Below, one piece after another: positions 1 to 9,561 of a DNA stretch of 64,000 nt (the stretch's first letter is position 1; each line of letters opens with the position of its first letter). The notes beneath the pieces are model-generated. The model made no database searches, had not been told where the DNA came from, and was given only the letters and a program-made list of their open reading frames with translations. A program made the translations under genes and the position numbers. This DNA comes from an uncultured Gammaproteobacteria bacterium (lineage in GTDB: Bacteria > Patescibacteriota > Patescibacteriia > SG8-24), in the NCBI GenBank assembly GCA_964486995.1, contig CAZAOV010000003.1:686-64685 (forward strand), in the 5' to 3' direction.

Positions 1-543
1 AATATCATCGCCCCGAACGATGTCATCGGCGCGGCGTGGTATGTGGATCCGGACGAGCAGGTTCGGCGTCGCCTGGCTACTCCGCATGACGCCTGGTTAA
101 TCATGCAGGATGCGATTCCGGTAACTTCGGTTGATTTGGCCGGCGTACCGATTGAGGGGCTGGAAGACCCACGATTCGAGAGTGTGTCCGTGGCCGAAGT
201 GCTGGATGCCACCACCGTTAGTCTGTGCGATGGTCGCGAGGTGCGGTTGGTCAGCCTAGAGGTGCCGGACAATCCGGACAAGCAGCAGGCGGCCAAATAT
301 CGGTTGATGGACTTGTTGCTGGATCGAGATATTGTCATGGAGCGCGACGGAAAGAGTGAGGACGATGAGGGGCGGTTACTGCGTTTCTTGCATGCCGATG
401 ACGTGAATATGAATGTTGATTTGGTTCAGCAAGGGCTGGCGTTTGACGATATCGCTTTCCCACATTTTCGCTACGCCGAGCAATTAATAGTCGCCCGGCT
501 CGACGCCATGCGGCATGGAAACGGGTTTTGGGCGCAGGAATAG
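1..543 (+). CDS. Thermonuclease (staphylococcal nuclease-like) family protein, 5'-partial (frame is open to window edge)
   Basis: SNase-fold motifs: DGREVRLVSLEVPD resembles DGDT.VRL.GIDTPE, and ERDGKSEDDEGRLLRFLH...VNMNVDLVQQGLA resembles DRYGRLLAY..VN..LV..G.A. The reading frame is open back to base 1. Confidence 0.55.
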   Translation, partial: NIIAPNDVIGAAWYVDPDEQVRRRLATPHDAWLIMQDAIPVTSVDLAGVPIEGLEDPRFESVSVAEVLDATTVSLCDGREVRLVSLEVPDNPDKQQAAKYRLMDLLLDRDIVMERDGKSEDDEGRLLRFLHADDVNMNVDLVQQGLAFDDIAFPHFRYAEQLIVARLDAMRHGNGFWAQE

Positions 544-555
544 ATGGCAAATAAA

Positions 556-654
556 AAAGACCGCTCTAATCAAGGGCGGTTTTTGGTTTTCCTATAAACC
601 CCATCCGCGCTAGGGGTTTATAGGACAAAAAAGAGACCGCCATGAGGGCGGTCT
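556..654. terminator. Cluster of three hairpins in the gap between convergent genes. One is followed by a T-run; another is a perfect 10-bp inverted repeat TATAAACCCC/GGGGTTTATA. Likely bidirectional terminators.
   Basis: Inverted repeats read directly from the sequence: accgc..gcggt+TTTTT; tataaacccc..ggggtttata; gaccgcc..ggcggtc. They lie between the stops of convergent genes. Confidence 0.5.
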
Positions 655-660
655 GAATTG

Positions 661-1746
661 CTAATTTGTGCGCGGGCCGAGCCAGAACTTCTGGAACATC
701 TGGTCCGCCAGTTCGGCCATACGCTTGGTGTGCGGTACGGCCCTAATCCAGCTGGCTGGGATGTTGCCCTCGCCCATGTTGGCGCCGACCATGGCGCCGA
801 CCATGGCGGCGTTAGTGTCGGTGTCGCCGCCGGCGTTCACCGCTTCGAGCACCGCGGTGCGGTAGTCGTTGGGATGACGCAGGAACGTGCAGATGGAGAA
901 CGGCACCGACTCGAGCGAGTAGCAGGACACACCCGCGATTTCGCGGAGCGTTTCCGCGTTGTTTGCTGCCATCAGCGCGTTTTGGAATCGCTCGGAGAAC
1001 GTGTCTTCGGTTACACCCGAACGCATCTCCATGCCATGAGAATTGCAGATGATGGAGCGCGTAAGCTCAGCCAGGCCAAACCCGTCATCGCGGAGCGTGC
1101 CTCTGGCGAACGGCTCGATAATGGCGAGCGCCACACCCATCGCCGCGATCCAGGCGCGGTGGTCGCCGTGCGTCATCAGCCCGATGGACCGGACGTTCTC
1201 GAAGAATTCGGCGATACCATCCGGATAGATAAGCGCGTGATACAACGCGATTGGCGCGATCTTCATCGCCACGCCGTTGCCACAACTCTTGCCGGGTTCG
1301 GTCGGCGGGGGAGTGTCGGTGAGCGGTCTTCGTCCGGGTCGCTCGCCGTCAACCGGTTCACCGTACAGCCAATCAGCATACGCCTGCGCGGCCAGCTTCG
1401 TGGTGCCGCCCCACCCGTGCCTGCTCCGTCGATATTCCTCGACGAATTGCCGCACCTGGTCTTCGCGGTCGTAACCGTCGCAGCGCAGCAGTGACACCAG
1501 CGACGCTTCGGACAACTGCGTGTCATCCGTGATTGCACCAATCGGCCGCCCGCTTAGCCGCCGCTTGATTTGGTCGCTACACCCAGCGGGGTGTCGAATA
1601 AAACTGGTCACACCGTCCGGATCGTTCACACTGTATGCGATTTCCTCCCAGGTCAGGATTTCGTACGGTGCGCCCAAGGCGTCACCGACGGCCAACCCAA
1701 CCAAACAACCGCGAACCCGATTTCTGATAGTTTCAGCTTCGGTCAC
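661..1746 (-). CDS. ADP-ribosylglycohydrolase family protein (DraG/ARH-like)
   Basis: N-terminal GCLVGLAVGDALGAPYE is the canonical ADP-ribosylglycohydrolase signature. Length 361 aa. Confidence 0.85.
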   Translation of the reverse strand: MTEAETIRNRVRGCLVGLAVGDALGAPYEILTWEEIAYSVNDPDGVTSFIRHPAGCSDQIKRRLSGRPIGAITDDTQLSEASLVSLLRCDGYDREDQVRQFVEEYRRSRHGWGGTTKLAAQAYADWLYGEPVDGERPGRRPLTDTPPPTEPGKSCGNGVAMKIAPIALYHALIYPDGIAEFFENVRSIGLMTHGDHRAWIAAMGVALAIIEPFARGTLRDDGFGLAELTRSIICNSHGMEMRSGVTEDTFSERFQNALMAANNAETLREIAGVSCYSLESVPFSICTFLRHPNDYRTAVLEAVNAGGDTDTNAAMVGAMVGANMGEGNIPASWIRAVPHTKRMAELADQMFQKFWLGPRTN

Positions 1747-1840
1747 GTTAACCTCCTTTAAGGTTCATATAAGGCACTAGCCATATAATCCATCCTTGAT
1801 ACACTAGAAATATCGATTTGTCAATGGATTTGGACATAGA

Positions 1841-2962
1841 ATGAGCGATAACAGCCAGAAAAAACGGCCGACACTCGGAATCGACGCGTCGCGGGCCAAC
1901 TCGCAGTCACGAACCGGTACCGAGTGGTATGCGTACCACGTGATTCAGGAGCTGAAGAAAATAATTCCCGATTCGTATCGGGTGGTTTTGTATTCGCGCG
2001 AGGGGTTGCGGGATGGACTGGAGGATTTGCCGGCGGGTTGGGAGAGTCGGGTATTGCGGTGGCGGTGGCGGTTTTGGACGCAGTTGCGGTTGTCATGGGA
2101 GATGCTGCGACGGCCGCCGGATGTATTGTTTGTGCCGGCGCATGTGTTGCCGGTGGTGTTGCCGCGGCGGGCGGTGACTACGTTGCATGATGTTGGTTTT
2201 TTGACCGTGCCGGATGCGTATTCGTGGGGCGAGCGGTTGTATCATCGGTTGGCCGCGCGGTTTGCGGTGCGACGGGCGGCGCGGTTGCTGACTGTGTCCG
2301 AGTTTTCGCGCGGTGAGTTGGTGCGGTTGTTGGGGGTGGAGGAGAGTGATGTGGCGGTGACGCCGATTTCATATGATGCGAAGAGGTTTCGGGCTAGTGT
2401 TGTGCCGACTGCTGATGCCGAGCCATATTTTTTGTTCATCGGTCGGTTGGAGCGGAAGAAGAATTTGCCGGTGTTGCTCGAAGCTTTTTCTGAATACGTG
2501 CGCGCGGGCGGTTCTGCTCGGCTAAAGTTGGCGGGCAAGCGCGGTTTGGGTGCGGACGAAGTGTTGGATAACTTATCCGACGAAGTGTTGGAGCGCGTTG
2601 ATGAGTTGGGGTACGTTGCGGCGAAAGATTTGCCGGCGTTGTATGCGAGCGCTTTGGCATTTGTGTTTCCATCGCGATACGAGGGGTTCGGTATTCCGGT
2701 ATTGGAAGCGTTCGCTTGCGGTGTACCGGTAATCGCTTCCGATGCGACTTCAATTCCCGAGGTGGCTGGCGATGCGGCACTGCTGGTGTCGCCGGATAAT
2801 GTTGCCGGTTTTGCCGTGGCCATGCGAACGGTCGAGAATGATACTGACCGACGTGAACAGATGGTGGCGGCCGGCTTGGCACGAGTCCAACAATATTCGT
2901 GGTCAAAAACGGCTGAGCTGACTTGGGGCGAATTGCGTATTCTTCTTGACAAAGCGCAATAA
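1841..2962 (+). CDS. Glycosyltransferase family 4 (GT-B fold)
   Basis: C-terminal FPSRYEGFGIPVLEAFACGVPVIASD is the GT4/GT1 E-X7-E region. Length 373 aa. Confidence 0.85.
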   Translation: MSDNSQKKRPTLGIDASRANSQSRTGTEWYAYHVIQELKKIIPDSYRVVLYSREGLRDGLEDLPAGWESRVLRWRWRFWTQLRLSWEMLRRPPDVLFVPAHVLPVVLPRRAVTTLHDVGFLTVPDAYSWGERLYHRLAARFAVRRAARLLTVSEFSRGELVRLLGVEESDVAVTPISYDAKRFRASVVPTADAEPYFLFIGRLERKKNLPVLLEAFSEYVRAGGSARLKLAGKRGLGADEVLDNLSDEVLERVDELGYVAAKDLPALYASALAFVFPSRYEGFGIPVLEAFACGVPVIASDATSIPEVAGDAALLVSPDNVAGFAVAMRTVENDTDRREQMVAAGLARVQQYSWSKTAELTWGELRILLDKAQ

Positions 2963-3050
2963 ACAGGGCAGGATAGACTATCAAGAGATAAGTGTCAGTT
3001 GACTGACACATTTGCTGTAACTGCGGAGGTCACCTCCTCTGCCAATCGCT

Positions 3051-3803
3051 ATGGATGAAAATCTAGTCAAAGAATTGAAAGAAATCGGCCTGTCCGAAAA
3101 TGAAGCTAAAGTTTATTTGGCATCATTAGAATTAGGGCCGGCCACCGCCCAGCAGATTGCGGCCAAGGCAGTGGTATCTCGGCCGAATACTTATATAATG
3201 ATAGAGTCGCTGAAAGGGCGCGGTTTGATGAGTTCATCACCCAGAGGAAAAAAACAGCTTTTTTCTGCCTGCAGCCCTAAAAACCTTGAAGACATTATCG
3301 ATGCGCAAGCTAAAAGCCTTGAGCAAAAAAGGATTCGTTTGCCAGCAATTATGAAGTCCGTAGTAGAGGGTATTCCATCCGATCATGAATTAAAAATAAC
3401 CATGGTAGAAGACTTGGGGGGGTTGGTATTTCTTCAGCGAGACTTAGTTGCTGTGGCTAAAAAATGTGGCTGGATTGATAATGTCGCTTCAATTCCCGCT
3501 GCCAGAAAGTTCGTCTCGGAGCAATCGCTTGATCCTCTTTGGAAGGATTTAGGAAAGGCTAATGTCAGAATTCGCTCGTTAACCACAGGCACGAATAAAT
3601 TAGTGTCAGCTAGCCAAGAAAATTGGGAGAATCGAACAATTAAGCATGACCCATTTTCTTTTAAAGGAGAGCTTACAGTTTATGGTGATAGAGTGGCAAT
3701 GCTATCTTTTAGCAATAGAATTTTCGGAGTTTTAATTAGAGATAAAAATATCGCAGAAACAATGCGCACCATGTTTGAAATGGCCTGGCTAAGCACAAAA
3801 TAA
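3051..3803 (+). CDS. TrmB-family transcriptional regulator (N-terminal winged HTH)
   Basis: LKEIGLSENEAKVYLASLELGPATAQQIAAKAVVSRPNTYIMIESLKGRGLMS matches the TrmB HTH. The region is AT-rich (about 40% GC). Confidence 0.65.
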   Translation: MDENLVKELKEIGLSENEAKVYLASLELGPATAQQIAAKAVVSRPNTYIMIESLKGRGLMSSSPRGKKQLFSACSPKNLEDIIDAQAKSLEQKRIRLPAIMKSVVEGIPSDHELKITMVEDLGGLVFLQRDLVAVAKKCGWIDNVASIPAARKFVSEQSLDPLWKDLGKANVRIRSLTTGTNKLVSASQENWENRTIKHDPFSFKGELTVYGDRVAMLSFSNRIFGVLIRDKNIAETMRTMFEMAWLSTK

Positions 3804-3807
3804 TAAT

Positions 3808-4584
3808 ATGACATCCCAATTAGAGAGAGAATTAATCGAATTTGGCCTTAGTGAAAAAGCAGCAAAGGTATATCTTGCCAGCTTGGAATTGGGACCTTCG
3901 GCGGTGCAGGAAATTGCAAAGAAGGCAGATATCAATAGGCCTACATGTTACGTAATGATTGAAGATTTAACGGAAAAAGGTTTGATGAGCTCTTTTGAAA
4001 AAGGCAAGAGAAGATACTTTACAGCTGAGAATCCTGATCATTTCTTAAATATAATTAGAGAGAATAGGCGCGAGATAGAAAAAAAGGAAGAGAGAATTAA
4101 AAACATATTGGGTGACTTAAGGGCACTCAAAGCTTTTTCGGCCTCATCTCCAAACGTTAGCTATTATGAAGGTTTGGAGGGCATCAATGCGCTACGTGAG
4201 GATGTCATTCGTTCAAAAAGTAAAACAATTTATGAGTTAGTGCCGGTGGATGATGTGCGAAAATTTATTCCAGAAGAGCCAGCACCCGATGATTCCAGAA
4301 AAATTATTCGCGAAAAGGTCAGTGTTAAATCGCTCTACTATAGTAAAAAAGGAGCAATTTATCCGGAAAAAGATGGAATTAGCCAAAGACGTTTTGTTCC
4401 TGTAGAATTGTTTCCCATATCTTGTGAAGTGGTGATTTATGGAAATAAGGTCGCATTCCTGTCTTACTCTGGTAAGCCAACAGGTTTTCTAGTTGATAAT
4501 CAATATGTGGCCGATACCATGAAGATGATGTTTCAAGCACTTTGGGAAGCTGTAAAGCTAATGAATAAAAAAACGAAGCGGTAG
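3808..4584 (+). CDS. TrmB-family transcriptional regulator, tandem paralog of the preceding gene
   Basis: LIEFGLSEKAAKVYLASLELGPSAVQEIAKKADINRPTCYVMIEDLTEKGLMS aligns along the full length with the upstream gene. The start codon sits 4 nt after the previous stop. Confidence 0.65.
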   Translation: MTSQLERELIEFGLSEKAAKVYLASLELGPSAVQEIAKKADINRPTCYVMIEDLTEKGLMSSFEKGKRRYFTAENPDHFLNIIRENRREIEKKEERIKNILGDLRALKAFSASSPNVSYYEGLEGINALREDVIRSKSKTIYELVPVDDVRKFIPEEPAPDDSRKIIREKVSVKSLYYSKKGAIYPEKDGISQRRFVPVELFPISCEVVIYGNKVAFLSYSGKPTGFLVDNQYVADTMKMMFQALWEAVKLMNKKTKR

Positions 4585-4859
4585 CTTCGTTATTAAGTAG
4601 TTTCAGTCGTACTGTCACGCACCCTTGTCGCAATGTGCCACCGGACGCAGCTTCCATCGTCTCTGGTAGGTAGGGACATAATCAGCCTTACCATTGTTAG
4701 CTGGACCGCAATCTTTACTGGTCATATCGAACCTCTCTGTCTTTTCTGCATTAATCGCAGTTCACGATAACGTTTGATATTACACGTTAACGAAAAATTT
4801 GTCAAGGTTCAAGCGCGAACTCGCCATCATGGCGGGTTTTTGCTTTATTTAGCCTTATC

Positions 4860-5531
4860 CTAGCCTTCCTTAACTAGATGGCTACGCAGTGACAGCAGTC
4901 CAAGCACCGCGGCAACGAGCATCAGCCCGCTGCCAACCCGCATGAGCGTCAGAGAACTCAGCGCCAAACCCAACAGTACCGCTGACAGAGAAACAACTTC
5001 CGCAATGAGCTTTATCTTACCAGCCGGACGAGCCTTGATGTCCGAATGTCCGTCGGTATCAACATCAACGTCCTCTCGCCGCAGCATTTTCTTTACTCGC
5101 AGACCGGTCAGCAAACCGCCGGTCACAACTACGACACCGAACAGCCACCAACCAAACGGAATCATCGGGGCCAAAACGCCCAACAGCATCCATACGGTGA
5201 TCTTGTCCATCAGCGGATCCAGAAAAGCGCCGCATCTGGTCTTCAAATCCCGAGCTTCGGCCAGCGCACCATCCGCGAAATCCAACAACACGGAAAATGC
5301 GAACAGCACCAGCGCCCACCAGTACGATTGCGACAGCACCAGAATCATCACCGGAATCATCAGCACGGCGCGGAATGCGGTCACACAGTTCGGCGTAATC
5401 CAAATGGGCAGAGCGCACATCGTACGCCGCACCCAATCCTGCTCCTTGAACCGGACCACACGATTCACCAGCGACATCCCCGTGTTTTCAGTGGTCGAAA
5501 CGGTCGTTCTTTGTCCCGTTTGTTCTGTCAT
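4860..5531 (-). CDS. pgsA: CDP-alcohol phosphatidyltransferase (PgsA-like)
   Basis: DFADGALAEARDLKTRCGAFLDPLMDKI matches the D-x2-DG-x2-AR...G-x3-D-x3-D motif. A GGAGGT RBS sits 6 nt before ATG(5531). The track ORF extends upstream without an RBS. Confidence 0.75.
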   Translation of the reverse strand: MTEQTGQRTTVSTTENTGMSLVNRVVRFKEQDWVRRTMCALPIWITPNCVTAFRAVLMIPVMILVLSQSYWWALVLFAFSVLLDFADGALAEARDLKTRCGAFLDPLMDKITVWMLLGVLAPMIPFGWWLFGVVVVTGGLLTGLRVKKMLRREDVDVDTDGHSDIKARPAGKIKLIAEVVSLSAVLLGLALSSLTLMRVGSGLMLVAAVLGLLSLRSHLVKEG

Positions 5532-5894
5532 GTAATGACCTCCGAATGAGAAACGATACAACACCGCTAAAAAAGAGTCAATGTAAAAAGCTTGAATTCG
5601 AACCCGAAACGTAAGATAAGGCACACAAAATGAAAGCGGCACCTCGCTGGGATAAAATGGTCTTGCAAGATCCAATAACCCGGAGAGAGAATGCCGCACT
5701 CACACATTACATCAGAGGACCGTTCGGTCATGGTCGCCCTGCTCCAAGGCGGCAGAGCTCGCCGCTGCCCGTAGGAACAGGCGCTCCCCAAGCCGGACAG
5801 ATGTGATCTCTGCCGCTACGCGCATACAAACATACAAAAGCCCCATACGAGAACCACAAAACAAAAACCCGGCAAATACTGCCGGGTTGAGAGT

Positions 5895-6758
5895 CTAGTC
5901 CTCTGACGGAAACGGCAAGAAACCTTCAAGCTGCAACAGGTCTTCCAGAACAAACGGCGGAACCATCAGCGTGACGTTGCGATTCTCCAGGACGATGATA
6001 ATCATCCCCACGATTTGTCCTTGCTCGTTGAATACCGGTCCGCCGGAGTTACCGCGATTGGCCAGCCCAGTAATTAGGCTAACCTGCAGGACCGGGCAAG
6101 CCAGATCCTCGAACTGCTGCAGATTTCCGGATGCAAACCAGCTCGTCGGACGGTGCCTGGCGATGTATGACCCAGCGTCAGCTTCTCGATTCTCCTCGAA
6201 GCCGTACATATGCAGGGTTTCCAGCAGTTCAGGTTCGCTGGTGCTGAACCGCATCATCGGAGCGTTAGCAACCGGCGAACCCCCCACACGGACAAAGGCC
6301 ACGTCATAATCCGGCGCCCTGTAAACCACCGTGCCGATGTGCTTAGTTGGGTATCTTGGACCTGACGTAAAGCATCGCAGCGTTACCTGATCCGGTGAGT
6401 TATCAACCACATGATTAGCGGTCACCAAGATATTTTTAGTGAAGATAAATCCGCTGCCCGTGTTTTGGTCAGTCGAAATCATGCAAGTGCGGTTCATGAC
6501 CGCCCGCCCGCCAGAGTTTACGTAGCTCAGCTCAGATTCCGGCTGAAAAGCAATCGAGATGCTATCGCCCTCGGACTCGCATTCCACGTCGTTCGAACCG
6601 ATCTCTGGCGTACCGGCGATAACCAGCGCTCGGTGTTCATTCGGTGCACCCATCAAAAGGGCGACACCCAGCAAGACACAGAACGCGATCATCATCGCCG
6701 AGGCCAAAAGTCCGATTAGAATCGTGCGCGCATTACCGGGAAGACTTTCGCCTGCCAT
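5895..6758 (-). CDS. Trypsin-like serine protease, membrane-anchored (S1 family)
   Basis: Catalytic triad context: TANHVV (His), DYDVAFVRV (Asp), GNSGGPVFN (Ser). N-terminal TM helix. Confidence 0.8.
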   Translation of the reverse strand: MAGESLPGNARTILIGLLASAMMIAFCVLLGVALLMGAPNEHRALVIAGTPEIGSNDVECESEGDSISIAFQPESELSYVNSGGRAVMNRTCMISTDQNTGSGFIFTKNILVTANHVVDNSPDQVTLRCFTSGPRYPTKHIGTVVYRAPDYDVAFVRVGGSPVANAPMMRFSTSEPELLETLHMYGFEENREADAGSYIARHRPTSWFASGNLQQFEDLACPVLQVSLITGLANRGNSGGPVFNEQGQIVGMIIIVLENRNVTLMVPPFVLEDLLQLEGFLPFPSED

Positions 6759-6837
6759 TACTTCCTCCCACCTTCTTAATATATAGAAAGGACATTTAAC
6801 TTAAGCATATTCAGGCGATGTTTTCAACCCCTGACCC

Positions 6838-6904
6838 AAAAACTGTCAGACTTGTTTTAGGAGGGAGACGAAGCCTCCGCCTTAAAACAAGTCTGACAGT
6901 TTTT
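6838..6904. repeat. Palindromic repeat element, copy 1: 22-bp arms AAAAACTGTCAGACTTGTTTTA flank a 22-nt GC-rich centre that is itself a hairpin, with T/A-run flanks
   Basis: Perfect arms read from the sequence. A second copy with a different centre lies at 51133-51200. This copy sits in a divergent promoter region, so it is not simply a terminator. Confidence 0.7.
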
Positions 6905-6935
6905 AAACCTCGGTCGTTCGTGATAAGCTCAAGCC

Positions 6936-8276
6936 ATGAAATCCTTGCTTAAAAAGCTGATTCCAGCTCCGATGCTGGACGTTTATCATAGATTGCTGGC
7001 GCGGGTTGCGGCGGTGCGTTTTGGCTATCCGGCGAATCAGATGATTGTGATTGGCGTGACCGGCACTAACGGCAAATCAACGGTCTGCAACATGATTGCA
7101 CACGTGTTCGAAGGCAGGGGACAAAAGGTTGGCATGACCACCACCGCAAATTTCAAAATAGCGGAGCGTGAATGGCTGAACGACAAGAAGATGACCATGC
7201 TCGGGCGTTTTCAACTGCAGCGGCTGCTGCGGCAGATGGTTGATGCCGGCTGCAAATACGCGGTGATAGAAACTTCGTCCGAGGGGATTCGTCAGCATCG
7301 TCATCGCGGCATCAATTACGATATCGCGGTGTTCACCAATCTTACTCCAGAGCATATCGAATCGCACGGTGGTTTTGAGAACTACAAGAAAGCCAAGGGT
7401 GAATTGTTCGCCAAACTGTCAAAAGACAAGCGCAAGAAAATCGCCGGCTCGGAAGTTCCCAAAACGATCGTAGTAAACGCCATGGACGAGCATGCGCCAT
7501 ATTTCGCGTCGTTCACTGCCGACAACAAAATCGGTTACGTCGTGCCGCACGATAACGATGATACGCCCAAGACCACGGCGGAAACCGACGTGCTGAAAGC
7601 GACAGGCGTTTCCTGTTCCGGCCTTGGTTCAACTTGGGAGGTGGATGGCCAGCAGTTCAAACTAAACCTTCCCGGGCAGTTCAACGTAGAGAATGCCATG
7701 GCTGCAATCGTTGTCGGGCAGGTTCTGGGGCTGAAACTCGCGCAAATTTCTGCGGCCCTCGCCACCTTGCCTGTAGTTCCCGGTCGTCTGGAAAGAGTCG
7801 ACCGGGGTCAGGATTTTACGGCCATCGTTGATTACGCACCCGAGCCGGAGTCTTTTAGAAAATTATACGAAGTGGTTGACCGGTTAGAAAAAAACCGCGT
7901 GATTCATGTGCTGGGTTCGTGTGGCGGCGGTCGTGATGCCAGCCGTCGTCCGGTGCTGGGCGGTCTCGCCGCCGAGAAGGCAGATATTATTATCGTCACA
8001 AACGAAGATCCATACGATGACGACCCGATGGAAATAATTCAGGATGTTGCCGAGGGTGCGCGTCAGCACGGTTTTTGCAATCAGGAAAATCTATACACCA
8101 TAGAAGACAGAGGTGAGGCAATCGATTTCGCGGTGTCGCTCGCTGAGGCCAACGACCTGCTGCTGGTGACCGGTAAGGGTTGCGAGCAGGCCATTGCCAT
8201 CGCGAACGGCAAGAAAATTCCTTGGGATGACCGAAAACGTCTTCAATCCGCGATCGAAGCCAAACTTCATAAATAA
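6936..8276 (+). CDS. Mur ligase family protein, MurE-like (UDP-MurNAc-tripeptide synthetase-like), lacking the usual N-terminal domain
   Basis: GVTGTNGKST P-loop near residue 40. DIAVFTNLTPEHIESHGGFENYKKAK matches MurE DxAVFTNLxxDHLDxHG..E.Y..AK. Length 446 aa. Confidence 0.7.
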   Translation: MKSLLKKLIPAPMLDVYHRLLARVAAVRFGYPANQMIVIGVTGTNGKSTVCNMIAHVFEGRGQKVGMTTTANFKIAEREWLNDKKMTMLGRFQLQRLLRQMVDAGCKYAVIETSSEGIRQHRHRGINYDIAVFTNLTPEHIESHGGFENYKKAKGELFAKLSKDKRKKIAGSEVPKTIVVNAMDEHAPYFASFTADNKIGYVVPHDNDDTPKTTAETDVLKATGVSCSGLGSTWEVDGQQFKLNLPGQFNVENAMAAIVVGQVLGLKLAQISAALATLPVVPGRLERVDRGQDFTAIVDYAPEPESFRKLYEVVDRLEKNRVIHVLGSCGGGRDASRRPVLGGLAAEKADIIIVTNEDPYDDDPMEIIQDVAEGARQHGFCNQENLYTIEDRGEAIDFAVSLAEANDLLLVTGKGCEQAIAIANGKKIPWDDRKRLQSAIEAKLHK

Positions 8277-8372
8277 ATAATCAGCTGCGGAGCTTGCCCC
8301 CGCCCAGTCTGTTGAGAACGTGCTTGCCGCTACTTACTTGGCAAAAAGCTATAAAAAATTAACCAACCAACC

Positions 8373-9080
8373 ATGAACGTAAATAGAGTCGTCACAATGA
8401 AAGAGGGGGAGTCGGTGTTGCGTATCGTCCGCCGCTTTGGCCTGACTTACGTCCCTCATGTGCTACTGGCTGCGTTTCTGATTTGCGCACCGTTCTTCTT
8501 TATGGTTCCGCTTTTTTCTATGCGCATGTACGGCCTAGCGGCGTTCATGGTGTCAGTGCTGGTCGGTCTGCTGTTCGCCGCGCGCCTGTATAAAGAATAT
8601 TATTGGAACTCGTTCGTCATTACGACGCGGCGCGTTATCGACATCGATCAGGTTGGCTTTTTCAAACGCACGGTTTCCGAAGCCCCGTACGATCGCGTGC
8701 AGGACGTGTCGTTCACCATTGAAGGCGTGCTTGGAACGATTTTCAAATACGGTACCATTGTGGTTCAAACCGCAGGCACACACGTTAATCTCGAACTGAT
8801 TTACGTGCATCACCCACAAGATGTGCATCATCTAATTACCGAAACTGCGGGTGCACTGCAGGCCGAGTCGAACGGCGGAATCCGTAGTCAGAAAGTTGCG
8901 CACCTGTTGGATACCGCGGCCGACCTGTCTGATTCCGAAGCGCGGGCCTTTCTGGTGGCCCTGCAAGAAGCGGTCAGTCACGGCGGCGAGGAGCACCATC
9001 TTCAGATGCGACCGCTCGAAGTGATTATGAGCCAAGAGGAGGGTGACACCGAAGGGCCGATGGACGAACTGAAGCATTAA
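8373..9080 (+). CDS. Membrane protein with bacterial PH-like (YdbS/YdbT, bPH_2) domain
   Basis: Two TM helices, then FKRTVSEAPYDRVQDVSFTIEGVLGTIFKYGTIVVQTAG, which fits the bPH_2 pattern. Confidence 0.5.
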   Translation: MNVNRVVTMKEGESVLRIVRRFGLTYVPHVLLAAFLICAPFFFMVPLFSMRMYGLAAFMVSVLVGLLFAARLYKEYYWNSFVITTRRVIDIDQVGFFKRTVSEAPYDRVQDVSFTIEGVLGTIFKYGTIVVQTAGTHVNLELIYVHHPQDVHHLITETAGALQAESNGGIRSQKVAHLLDTAADLSDSEARAFLVALQEAVSHGGEEHHLQMRPLEVIMSQEEGDTEGPMDELKH

Positions 9081-9117
9081 AGTTATTGCACCGTATCTGA
9101 TATAATATGTTAACTTC

Positions 9118-9543
9118 ATGAAACAGAAATGCACCGGTATAGTTAGGCTTCTAGCGATGCGCCGTTTCCTAGTCGTAAATTTAGCGCTGCTTTTTTTGAT
9201 GGGCTGGGGTTTTACCAGTGAAATGATGCGCAACGGCTCAATGCAAGAAGAGATTGAGCAACTGGAATTGCAGGCTGAAGCCCTTGAGGGTCGTAACGTG
9301 GAGTTGCGCAATCTGGCACAAAAATATTCCGGTTCAGGCATGCTCGAACGCGAAGCGCGGCTCAAATTGAACCTAAAAAAACCGGGCGAAGAAGTGGTGG
9401 TCGTGCGTGACATAAATTCGCCAGCACTCACGACAGAAGGGGAGAGCCAGAATATATTTCGCGAACTAGCGACCGAAGAGGTCAAACCCCCCGATCAAAG
9501 CTCTAACATTAAGAAATGGATAAGTTATTTTTTTCCTTACTAA
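9118..9543 (+). CDS. Septum formation initiator family protein (FtsB/DivIC-like)
   Basis: Single TM helix, a coiled coil (EEIEQLELQAEALEGRNVELRNL), then EREARLKLNLKKPGEEVVVV, typical of FtsB/DivIC. Confidence 0.55.
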   Translation: MKQKCTGIVRLLAMRRFLVVNLALLFLMGWGFTSEMMRNGSMQEEIEQLELQAEALEGRNVELRNLAQKYSGSGMLEREARLKLNLKKPGEEVVVVRDINSPALTTEGESQNIFRELATEEVKPPDQSSNIKKWISYFFPY

Positions 9544-9561
9544 TTAGTTAACCCATATTTT

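Noticed and set aside
1924-2190. Gly/Ala/Val-rich 88-aa ORF inside the GT4 gene
   Set aside because: Alternative frame of a well-supported glycosyltransferase CDS with repetitive composition. Artefact.
4942-5549. Plus-strand ORFs of 197 and 167 aa opposite pgsA
   Set aside because: Antisense to a CDP-alcohol phosphatidyltransferase with intact motif and RBS. Low-complexity Ser/Thr/His-rich translations.
6843-6899. Interpreting the 6.8-kb hairpin simply as a rho-independent terminator
   Set aside because: It sits between two divergently transcribed gene starts, where nothing needs terminating. It is treated as a repeat element instead.
8553-9485. Minus-strand ORFs of 92 and 217 aa opposite the PH-domain and FtsB-like genes
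   Set aside because: They overlap better-supported plus-strand genes, are rich in Ser/Arg, and lack RBS. Antisense artefacts.
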